Assembly: GCA_913058295.1 (NCBI GenBank)
Contig: CAJXRD010000007.1
Location: 15,771-79,770, forward strand
From: an uncultured Flavobacteriales bacterium
Lineage (GTDB): Bacteria; Bacteroidota; Bacteroidia; Flavobacteriales; Flavobacteriaceae
DNA length: 64,000 bases
Reading direction: 5' to 3'
Under the pieces are notes generated by a model. It made no database searches. It worked only from the letters and a program-made list of their open reading frames with translations, and was not told where the DNA came from. Shown in pieces: positions 48,418-56,972 of the stretch. The translations under genes were made by a program, and so were the position numbers. Positions within the stretch are counted from its first letter, which is position 1; each line of letters starts with the position of its first letter.

Positions 48418-51333
48418 TTATTCTTCAATGGCATGATAAATCAATTCTTGTATATCTGACCTTAAATTATTTTTTATAATCTTTCTGTTTTCTGCATTTG
48501 GATAAGTCCTATTCGATAAAAAGACATAAACTATTTCTTGTTCTGGATCTGCCCAAGTAAATGTTCCTGTAAAACCACTATGACCAAAACTTAACATCGA
48601 TACACAACCACAGGTTGGACCAACATCTCCTAATTGTGGTTTGTCGAAACCTACTCCTCTCCTAACATCATCATCACAATAATAACAGGTATTAAATTGA
48701 TCTAAGGTTTCAGGTTTTAAATACTCTCTTACACCATAGTTTCCTTTCCAAAGATACATTTGCATAATCTTTGCAACATCGTTAGCATTGCTAAACAATC
48801 CTGCATGACCACTTACCCCTCCTACCATTGCTGCTCCTTGGTCGTGAACATAACCTTGAACTTTCTGCATTCTAAAATAGTTATCATCTTCGGTGGGAGG
48901 AATACTGTTTATTGGAAACTTCTCTAAGGGTAAATAGGTAGTATGATCTGCACCAAGAGTTCTGTAAAGTCTATGCTGAACTATATTTTCTAATTTATAA
49001 TTGTAATATTCTTCCAAATACTTTTTCATTAGATAATATGGCAAATCACTGTATTTATATCGTAATTTATCATAAAGTTCACTCTCTTTTATCTGAAGAT
49101 AAATGCTATCAGTCATATCTTTTCTGATATACAAATCCTTAGCTACTTGAACGCTATATTTTTTGTCTTTTACTTTTGAATAATACTGTTTATCAGGTTG
49201 TTTTAGGCTATCCAAAGTATTAATGTAAAAAGGGATCCATGCCTTAAGGCGTGCATAATGAGAAAGGATTTTTTGAAGGGTTATATCCGCTTTGTCTGTA
49301 CCCGAATATTCTGGTAGCATTTCAGATAAGGTAGTATCCATACTTATTATATCCTTATCGACTAACTCCATAATCATTGGAAGAGTTGCCAGTATTTTAG
49401 TTAAAGATGCTACATCATAAATATCGTTATCAGATACTTTTATTTTCTTTTCTTGCGTGTGGTATCCAAAGTTTTTTTGGTAAATAACTTTCCCCTTTCT
49501 TGTTACTAATATTTGTGCTCCTGGCATCATGTCTCCTTCTATACCTAGTTTGGCAAGGGAATCAATTTTTAATAATTTTTCTGAATTTACTCCAACACTT
49601 TCTGGTGTACCATATTGAAGACGCTTTAACCTTCTTGTAAAATGTGTAGTTTTCAAAGGGAATTCTTCTCCTAGAGAAACAGGTAAAACTCCTTTTGCAT
49701 CTCTAGCTCCAAAAATTAGTTGTGCCGAAACTTCTTGGGATATCTCACTGTTTTGATAAGATAGAATTATCCCCTCAATATTAGCGGTAGTTTTTAAATC
49801 TAATAATGAATATGGCATAGCAAAAACATCCAAAATAACCTTATTATTTCTTGCTATTTCATAAATCCAAGTAAGTTCCTTATTCGTAAATTTATAGCCT
49901 TTCCAAGGATTTGCATTCGATTTATGAAAGCCAATTATCACAAGATTATATTTTTTTAACTTTTTTATATATTCATCGAGACTGCTTGCTTCTATCCAAT
50001 CTACTTTTGAATATTTTTGCAATTGCTTTAAAAAGCTATCTCCAGAATCGTCTCCTAAATTAACATAGGCAATTTTTGAATCCTCTAATTTTTTTATAGG
50101 GAGTATTTGATTTTCATTTTTTAGAACTGTTAAAGCCCTATCTATAGCTTCTTCATACAAAGCTTTGTCTTCTGGAGTATTTAAATCTTCAATTAAATTT
50201 TCGGAATCTACAGGTTGGTAATTATGAAGTCCAACCTTATATTTTGCTAATAATATTTTTCTTACTGAATGTTTTAATCGCTCTTCAGAAATAGTTCCAT
50301 TATAATAATTGTCCATCAATAATTGATGTGCTTTGGGAATATCTTCAGAAATTAATAGAACATCATTCCCAGCTAAAAATGCTGCCAAATCTATTTCGCC
50401 TGGCTCTGTGAAATCAGCAGCTCCTTTCATATTAAGAGCATCTGTAAACACCAAACCATTAAAACCTAATTTTCCTTTTAATAAATCGGTTACAATATTT
50501 TTAGAAATGGAAGAGGGATAATTTAATCTTTCTTCTAGAGCAGGAACATTAAGATGAGCCACCATAACACTAGTCAATCCCCCTTGAATCATTCTTTTGT
50601 AGGGTTGAAGCTCTACACTGTCTATTCTTTCTTTTGTAAAGGATATGGTAGGTAAGGTTTTATGAGAATCTTTTTCGGTATCTCCATGACCTGGAAAATG
50701 CTTTGCATTAGCAAGTACCCCTGCACTTTGCAATCCTTCCATAAATGCTAATGATTTATATGTCACATTGGTTTTGTCTTCCCCAAAAGAGCGGTTACCA
50801 ATTATAGGGTTATTTGGATTAGTATTAATATCTACAACTGGTGCAAAATTAATATGCATCCCCATTCGCTTGGTGTGTTCCCCTATTCTATACCCTATTC
50901 TTTTAATTATCTGATCGTCTGAAATAGCTCCCAAAGTCATATTCCAAGGATAAGCAAAAGTAGAATCCAATCGCATTGCTAGACCCCATTCTGCATCCAT
51001 AGCCATAAGTAATGGCATTTTTGAAAGGTCCTGAAAGTGATTGTTAATCTTAGCTTGACGTTTTGGACCACCTTTCGAAAAGATAACTCCCCCTATATGT
51101 TGGTTTTTAATTAAGGAATCTACCTTATCAATTTTTGATTTAGGGTCACTAGAAAAAACATCGACCATAAATAGTTGCCCAATTTTTTCTTGAAGCGTCA
51201 TCGAATTATAAATACTGTCTACCCATTTTTTTTGATTTACTAAATCGTTTTCTACCAACAATGGATTTATTTGTTGAGAAAATATGGTTAAAGTAAATAT
51301 TAAAAAAAGGGAGGTTGTCAGTTGTTTTTTCAT
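48418..51333 (-). CDS. GH3 beta-N-acetylglucosaminidase fused to a beta-lactamase-like serine hydrolase
   Basis: DAEWG, APVVDIN, KHFPGHGDT..SH, VFTDALNM. C-terminal SLTK, YSD, GHAGLF, GHSGFTG. Confidence 0.92.
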   Translation of the reverse strand: MKKQLTTSLFLIFTLTIFSQQINPLLVENDLVNQKKWVDSIYNSMTLQEKIGQLFMVDVFSSDPKSKIDKVDSLIKNQHIGGVIFSKGGPKRQAKINNHFQDLSKMPLLMAMDAEWGLAMRLDSTFAYPWNMTLGAISDDQIIKRIGYRIGEHTKRMGMHINFAPVVDINTNPNNPIIGNRSFGEDKTNVTYKSLAFMEGLQSAGVLANAKHFPGHGDTEKDSHKTLPTISFTKERIDSVELQPYKRMIQGGLTSVMVAHLNVPALEERLNYPSSISKNIVTDLLKGKLGFNGLVFTDALNMKGAADFTEPGEIDLAAFLAGNDVLLISEDIPKAHQLLMDNYYNGTISEERLKHSVRKILLAKYKVGLHNYQPVDSENLIEDLNTPEDKALYEEAIDRALTVLKNENQILPIKKLEDSKIAYVNLGDDSGDSFLKQLQKYSKVDWIEASSLDEYIKKLKKYNLVIIGFHKSNANPWKGYKFTNKELTWIYEIARNNKVILDVFAMPYSLLDLKTTANIEGIILSYQNSEISQEVSAQLIFGARDAKGVLPVSLGEEFPLKTTHFTRRLKRLQYGTPESVGVNSEKLLKIDSLAKLGIEGDMMPGAQILVTRKGKVIYQKNFGYHTQEKKIKVSDNDIYDVASLTKILATLPMIMELVDKDIISMDTTLSEMLPEYSGTDKADITLQKILSHYARLKAWIPFYINTLDSLKQPDKQYYSKVKDKKYSVQVAKDLYIRKDMTDSIYLQIKESELYDKLRYKYSDLPYYLMKKYLEEYYNYKLENIVQHRLYRTLGADHTTYLPLEKFPINSIPPTEDDNYFRMQKVQGYVHDQGAAMVGGVSGHAGLFSNANDVAKIMQMYLWKGNYGVREYLKPETLDQFNTCYYCDDDVRRGVGFDKPQLGDVGPTCGCVSMLSFGHSGFTGTFTWADPEQEIVYVFLSNRTYPNAENRKIIKNNLRSDIQELIYHAIEE

Positions 51334-51353
51334 ACACGGTAAGATAACAAAAA

Positions 51354-51839
51354 CTATGCTAAAAATCTACTGTGCCAACTCTCGCTTGCAGGTACTTCCC
51401 AGTTTTCTAGGTAATCTTCTTTGGTAACTACCAGATTATTAAACACTACGGTATTTGGAGATACTGAGCGAGCTTTTGCCATTTTTTTAAAATCTGCTAA
51501 AGTTTTATGAGCTATAAAATCCCCATTATAAAAAGTAACATTCATTTTATCCATTAAATCCAATCCATATTCTTTTTCCAAAGACTGGATAAAATATACG
51601 GAAGCATCAATACTACAACCTGAAGCAGAAGCATTTTCTTGATTAAGTGCTATAACAATAAATCGATTGTATTTAATTTCAAAACCAGCTTCTAAATTTT
51701 GACCATGAGCTGTCCATTGTTCTAAAAAGGACTCGGTTTTAGTAGTAATTTCTGAAACTTCAGTATCGCTTAGTTTTCTATTAGATTGATATATCCAAAT
51801 TCGGGAATCATCGGGTAAATTTTTAAAATCGGTAACCAT
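51354..51839 (-). CDS. Conserved Bacteroidota hypothetical protein
   Basis: RIWIYQS, WTAHG and ASGCSID motifs. No Walker motifs. Confidence 0.75.
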   Translation of the reverse strand: MVTDFKNLPDDSRIWIYQSNRKLSDTEVSEITTKTESFLEQWTAHGQNLEAGFEIKYNRFIVIALNQENASASGCSIDASVYFIQSLEKEYGLDLMDKMNVTFYNGDFIAHKTLADFKKMAKARSVSPNTVVFNNLVVTKEDYLENWEVPASESWHSRFLA

Positions 51840-51841
51840 AA

Positions 51842-52633
51842 TTATATATCTTCAGCATTAATAATCATTTCGGCAATATCCAAGACTTCAATTTCACCTT
51901 CTTTTTCTTTAGCTTTTACACCATCGGTCATCATAGTATTACAAAATGGACAAGCAGCAGCAATTATAGAAGGTTTTACTTTTAAAGCATCTTCTGTTCG
52001 TTCAACATTTATATCTTTATTTCCAGGTTCTGGTTCTTTAAACATTTGTGCTCCACCTGCACCACAGCATAAACCGTTAGATTTACAACGATTCATTTCG
52101 ATAAGTTCCACTTCTAGTTTTCGCAATAACTCTCTAGGAGCTTCATATTCATTATTTGCTCTTCCTAAATAACAAGGGTCATGAAAAGTAATTCGTTTTC
52201 CTTTATATTTTCCACCCTCCACTTTTAATCTACCTTCATTTAGCATATCCTTTAAAAACTGAGTATGATGCATAACTTCATAATTCCCACCTAAGTCTGG
52301 ATATTCATTTTTTAAGGTATTAAAACAATGCGGACAAGTAGTTACAATTTTCTTAATATTATAACCATCCAATACTTGAATATTCATCATGGCTTGCATC
52401 TGATATAGGAACTCATTCCCAGCTCTTTTTGCGGGGTCTCCTGTACAGCTTTCTTCTGCACCTAATACAGCAAAGTCAATATTAGATTTATTAAGAATTT
52501 TCACAAAAGCTTTGGTTATTCTTTTTGCTCTATCATCAAAACTTCCAGCACATCCAACCCAAAACAATACTTCAGGTTGCTTTCCTTGTGCCATATATTC
52601 AGCCATTGTGGGCACTTTTAATGTATCACTCAT
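51842..52633 (-). CDS. CCG-domain Fe-S protein (FadF/GlpC C-terminal half)
   Basis: FWVGCAG, ESCTG, TCPHC, HDPCYLGR, CCGAGG, ACPFC. Confidence 0.9.
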   Translation of the reverse strand: MSDTLKVPTMAEYMAQGKQPEVLFWVGCAGSFDDRAKRITKAFVKILNKSNIDFAVLGAEESCTGDPAKRAGNEFLYQMQAMMNIQVLDGYNIKKIVTTCPHCFNTLKNEYPDLGGNYEVMHHTQFLKDMLNEGRLKVEGGKYKGKRITFHDPCYLGRANNEYEAPRELLRKLEVELIEMNRCKSNGLCCGAGGAQMFKEPEPGNKDINVERTEDALKVKPSIIAAACPFCNTMMTDGVKAKEKEGEIEVLDIAEMIINAEDI

Positions 52634-52636
52634 TAT

Positions 52637-53056
52637 TTATATTTTTCTTTGCCAATATTGTGTTCTTCCAAGAAGGGAAAAGCCAATATAGCCTCTTAAT
52701 TTTAATTTATTATTTTCTTCTAACTCTAAATAACATTTATAGGTTTTACCATTCTTAGGATCTAAAATACTTCCTTCATTAAACTCATCTCCATCTTCTA
52801 TTAAATCTTCAATAATCACCAAACCAACTACCGGTTTATTAAAATTATCTCCTTCACATTGTTCGCAAACAGAATCCATTGGATCCTCAAATAAATGAAT
52901 AATCTTTCCAAAATAATTGTCTCCTATTTTATAAATTTCGACAACCGATAATTTATCTCCTGTTATGTCATCAAACGTTTCCCATTCTCCAATAATTGAT
53001 TGTGCATTTAATAAGGAACAGAAACATATAAAAAATGAAATTGTGATGTTTTTCAT
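52637..53056 (-). CDS. DUF2147 family secreted protein
   Basis: Signal peptide, GSILDPKNGKTYKC and LRGYIGFSLLGRTQYW. Confidence 0.88.
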   Translation of the reverse strand: MKNITISFFICFCSLLNAQSIIGEWETFDDITGDKLSVVEIYKIGDNYFGKIIHLFEDPMDSVCEQCEGDNFNKPVVGLVIIEDLIEDGDEFNEGSILDPKNGKTYKCYLELEENNKLKLRGYIGFSLLGRTQYWQRKI

Positions 53057-53067
53057 AACAAAATCAA

Positions 53068-53502
53068 CTAATCTTTAAAAACCTGTATCGTTACTTTCTT
53101 ATTTACCAAATCTGTAAATTTCCCTTTAAATTGAGTAGCTTTCACTAAATGATTATCCACCCAATGGTAATTACCTCCGCGAGGTTTTCCCATTAATAGA
53201 GAATGGTATTTAAAACCATGTTTCTTTAACCAAATCTCGGTATACTCTCTATGTACTTCGGTTCTGGATGTAAAAAAACATATTATATGTCCTTCATCAT
53301 ACCACTTATTTAAAGTTTCTAAAGCATCCGGGTAAACTTCTGCAGTTAGCATTCTCTCGGGTTCTTCATTTGGTATATCATCACAAACGGTTCCATCGAT
53401 ATCTATTAGATAATTTTTTATTCCTTCAGGAAGTATTGGACTTACATGTTCACCTTCCTCAACCTTTTCGTGCAATAATTTTTCTACTTCTTCTTTCTTC
53501 AT
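53068..53502 (-). CDS. HAD-superfamily (LNS2-like) small phosphatase
   Basis: YLIDIDGT motif I, FTSR motif II, GKP. ATG at 53502. Confidence 0.8.
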   Translation of the reverse strand: MKKEEVEKLLHEKVEEGEHVSPILPEGIKNYLIDIDGTVCDDIPNEEPERMLTAEVYPDALETLNKWYDEGHIICFFTSRTEVHREYTEIWLKKHGFKYHSLLMGKPRGGNYHWVDNHLVKATQFKGKFTDLVNKKVTIQVFKD

Positions 53503-53503
53503 A

Positions 53504-54802
53504 TTATTCATCTTTCCAATTCAATCTGTCCATTTGGTTATAAGGCCATGGAGCCCCATTGTTTTCTATATTTGTTAATGAAATATTTAATTCATTTGGT
53601 GCAGCAGATTGTTCCATTACCAAATATTGTCTCATATCCATAATTATTGAAAGAGGATCAATACTTATTGGACAAGCTTCAGTACATGCATTACAAGTAG
53701 TACAAGCCCATAGCTCTTCATTTGTAATATAATCTCCTAATAATTGTTTTCCATCAAGTTTAAACTCTCCATTTTCATCAATGTTTTTCCCTACTTCTTC
53801 TAGTCTGTCTCTGGTATCCATCATAATCTTACGAGGAGACAATTTTTTACCTGTTTGATTCGCAGGACAATTACTAGTACAACGACCACATTCAGTACAA
53901 GTATAGGCATTAAGCAATTGTGTGCGATTTAAATCCATTACATCACTAGCCCCAAATTTACCAGGCTCTTCAGCTCCTTCTGCAGGTGCAGCAAATGGAT
54001 CGGCTGTAGGATCCATCATTAATTTGACTTCTTTAGTAACAGACTCTAAATTTTTAAATTTCCCTTTCGGATTTACATTTCCATAATAAACATTCGGAAA
54101 TGCTAATAATATATGTAAATGCTTAGAAAAGTATAGGTAATTTAGAAAAGCTAAGATTCCTAAAATATGTATCCACCATGCTGATCGTTCTATAATATGA
54201 ACTGTTCCTTCGCTTAAATCTGAAAATAAAGGCGCTATAAACTGGCTAATAATATTTCCTGAATTCATTTCTTGAAAATGAATATCTGTTGCATTCATTA
54301 TTAAAAATAAAGACATCAATACCATTTCAAAATAAAGGATGATTAATGCATCATTTTTTGGCCATTTGGTCATCTCTTTATTCCAAAAACGAGGAACACG
54401 AATGATCATTCTTCTTATCCAAAATACACATACAGATATCAAAACTAGGAGTGCTAAAATTTCAAAAGAACCTATTAAGAATCCATAGATACTTCCTAAG
54501 AATGAAAATATACGGTGCGTTCCAAATAGACCATCAATTATAATTTCTAATACTTCTAAGTTAATGATTATAAAGCCAGCATATACAATTATATGAAGTA
54601 ATCCTGAAACTGGTCTTACTACCATTTTAGATTGTCCTAATGCAATTCGAATTACATTATTCCATCGTTCTTTTTTATGATCTGAAGCATCTACCTTTTG
54701 ACCAAGCTTAATGTTTCGAAGTATTTTTCTACTATTTTTTATAAAAAAACCAAATCCAATTATTAAAGCTGCTAAAAATATAATGTTGGGAATATATTGC
54801 AT
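53504..54802 (-). CDS. Membrane Fe-S oxidoreductase (FadF N-terminal half, 4Fe-4S dicluster)
   Basis: About 5 TM helices, FSKHLHI, CTECGRCTSNCP and CTTCNACTEACP. Confidence 0.9.
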   Translation of the reverse strand: MQYIPNIIFLAALIIGFGFFIKNSRKILRNIKLGQKVDASDHKKERWNNVIRIALGQSKMVVRPVSGLLHIIVYAGFIIINLEVLEIIIDGLFGTHRIFSFLGSIYGFLIGSFEILALLVLISVCVFWIRRMIIRVPRFWNKEMTKWPKNDALIILYFEMVLMSLFLIMNATDIHFQEMNSGNIISQFIAPLFSDLSEGTVHIIERSAWWIHILGILAFLNYLYFSKHLHILLAFPNVYYGNVNPKGKFKNLESVTKEVKLMMDPTADPFAAPAEGAEEPGKFGASDVMDLNRTQLLNAYTCTECGRCTSNCPANQTGKKLSPRKIMMDTRDRLEEVGKNIDENGEFKLDGKQLLGDYITNEELWACTTCNACTEACPISIDPLSIIMDMRQYLVMEQSAAPNELNISLTNIENNGAPWPYNQMDRLNWKDE

Positions 54803-54805
54803 ATA

Positions 54806-55756
54806 CTAGTTATTGTTTTCTTCTGAAGAATCATAAGGTTTTGCTTTTTTACCAAAAACAGAGATATTTACATATCGCTTAGGATTCTCTTTTAAATCTC
54901 TTAGTAATTCTTCTAATTCTTTTGAAGCACCTTCCAGGTTTTTATATAACTCGTCATCATTAACCAATTTTCCAATACTTCCTTCTCCATCATCAATTTT
55001 AGCCATTACAGAATCAAAACTAGATAAAGTACTTTCTAGACTAGTTGCTAAACCTTTGATATTTACTTCGGCTAAGGAGTCTGAAAATTGTGCTAAATTC
55101 TCTGTAGTTATTTCTAAATAAGTGAAGGTACTGTCTAGTTTTGGCTTATTTTCATCTAAAAGCGCATCCAAATTTGCAGAAGCCCCTTCAAAGGATTTCA
55201 TCGTTTTATTTAAACTTGCAATCGCTTCTTTTAGATCTCCCTTAGTAGTATCGTTTAGAATAAGATTAAAATTATTTAATAATGTGTCGAGACCAGATAA
55301 GGTATTATAGATTCGTTTTTCAAGTGGCTTTAATCCACTTGTCACTGTTTCTAACATTCCCTTTTGTATATTTCCTTTAAGCGTATCTCCATCTTTAGCC
55401 ATTTCATTTCCTTCATAATCTGGCAAGATTGCCAAAGCGTTACCACCAATGAAGCTTGTACTATAAATTTCCACGGTACTTAATTTAGAAAAATCAAATT
55501 CTTTTTCCAAAACAAAGGTTACAATAAGTCCTCCTTGGTTATCTGCAAAATCAATTTTCATAACTTTACCAACCACATACCCATTGATTGTAACGGGTGC
55601 AGAAACTGGTAATCCAGCAACATTCTCATATTTTGCATGAAATTCTCTGCTTTTTGAAAAAAGATTCGATCCCTTTAGAAAACTATAGCCATAAATGAGT
55701 AAAAATATTGCACCTAATGCTAGAATTCCAGTTTTAACTTCTTTTGATAAATTCAA
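54806..55756 (-). CDS. mlaD: MlaD/MCE family protein
   Basis: N-terminal TM, GLPVSAPVTINGYVVGKV MCE motif, helical C-terminus with DLKENPKRYV. Confidence 0.88.
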   Translation of the reverse strand: MNLSKEVKTGILALGAIFLLIYGYSFLKGSNLFSKSREFHAKYENVAGLPVSAPVTINGYVVGKVMKIDFADNQGGLIVTFVLEKEFDFSKLSTVEIYSTSFIGGNALAILPDYEGNEMAKDGDTLKGNIQKGMLETVTSGLKPLEKRIYNTLSGLDTLLNNFNLILNDTTKGDLKEAIASLNKTMKSFEGASANLDALLDENKPKLDSTFTYLEITTENLAQFSDSLAEVNIKGLATSLESTLSSFDSVMAKIDDGEGSIGKLVNDDELYKNLEGASKELEELLRDLKENPKRYVNISVFGKKAKPYDSSEENNN

Positions 55757-55809
55757 TGAATAGTAGTTTTGATATTAAACAAATTTAGAAATAAATTGAT
55801 GATAAACGC

Positions 55810-56931
55810 TTATTTGTCTTCAGAATTTAAAACATCGGAAAGTTTTAATTTTTTGCCATTTTTAAAAGCAACGATATAACAAGATTCATAACCCTTTTCT
55901 TTGGCAAATTTTTTCATTAATTGGATTTCATTATAATCAGATGTTTCTCCGTAATAATACTTATTCAAATCCCCTTCCTTTATTCTGTTAACGCCTATTA
56001 AACCTTTAAAATTTGATGGCTTTGTGTTTATTTTTCTGCCAACTGCAGCCAGCTGAACTTTAAATAAAATATCCTTATAAATTCGTTCTTCTGTAGCTTC
56101 AATTGCCTCATCAATTTCCTCTTGAGTGATAACTGGGTTTTGTGTATCTGTAGATGCTAATGAAATACTATTTCTATAAGATATAATACCATTGGCAATT
56201 TCTTTTGCCATTTCTAGCTGTCCTTTTTTTGAATTAAGATATGCCCCTTCATTTTTATTGGTTAAAAAACCTGTTTCCACCAAAACACTAGGCATATAAC
56301 TTTTATAAAGAACCATAAAACCTGCTTGCTTAACACTACGATCTTTACGCTTTAGGTTGTTCGTAAAATTATTCTGTATCAAACTTGCAAGCAAAATACT
56401 TTGATCTAAATATGCTTCTTGCATTAAAGTCATACCAATTAAGGATTCGGGAGAATTTGGATCAAATCCCGCATAATTTTCTTCGTAATTTTCTTCCAGA
56501 AATATTACTTCATTTTCTCTTTTGGCAACTTCAAAATTAGCTTGAGATCTATGCAATCCCAAAACAAAAGTGCCTGCGCCATAAGCATTGTTAGTAAAGG
56601 CGTCGCAATGCACAGAGACAAATAAATCTGCATCTGCCTTATTTGCTACTGGAGCTCTTTCATGTAATTTGATAAACACATCTGTTTTTCTGGTATATAG
56701 TACTTTAATATTTGGATCTTTTTCAAGAATTTTTCCTATTTCTAAAACAATTTTTAAGGCAATTTCTTTTTCTTTATAACCGTTACCCATATTTCCAGGA
56801 TCATGCCCTCCATGACCAGCATCTAAAACAACTATAAAGGGTTTTGTGGATGTATTCTTGCCTTTTAGAAAAGATGAAAAAATAAAAACACCAATAAACA
56901 GTAGTAAAATAGAGACGATTTTTGCTTTCAT
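55810..56931 (-). CDS. N-acetylmuramoyl-L-alanine amidase (Amidase_3)
   Basis: LDAGHGGHDPG, EKEIAL, FVSVHCD, SVLVETGFLTN. Confidence 0.95.
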   Translation of the reverse strand: MKAKIVSILLLFIGVFIFSSFLKGKNTSTKPFIVVLDAGHGGHDPGNMGNGYKEKEIALKIVLEIGKILEKDPNIKVLYTRKTDVFIKLHERAPVANKADADLFVSVHCDAFTNNAYGAGTFVLGLHRSQANFEVAKRENEVIFLEENYEENYAGFDPNSPESLIGMTLMQEAYLDQSILLASLIQNNFTNNLKRKDRSVKQAGFMVLYKSYMPSVLVETGFLTNKNEGAYLNSKKGQLEMAKEIANGIISYRNSISLASTDTQNPVITQEEIDEAIEATEERIYKDILFKVQLAAVGRKINTKPSNFKGLIGVNRIKEGDLNKYYYGETSDYNEIQLMKKFAKEKGYESCYIVAFKNGKKLKLSDVLNSEDK

Positions 56932-56972
56932 GTATGTAATAACGTGTTGTTTATAGTACTAGTATTAAATTA

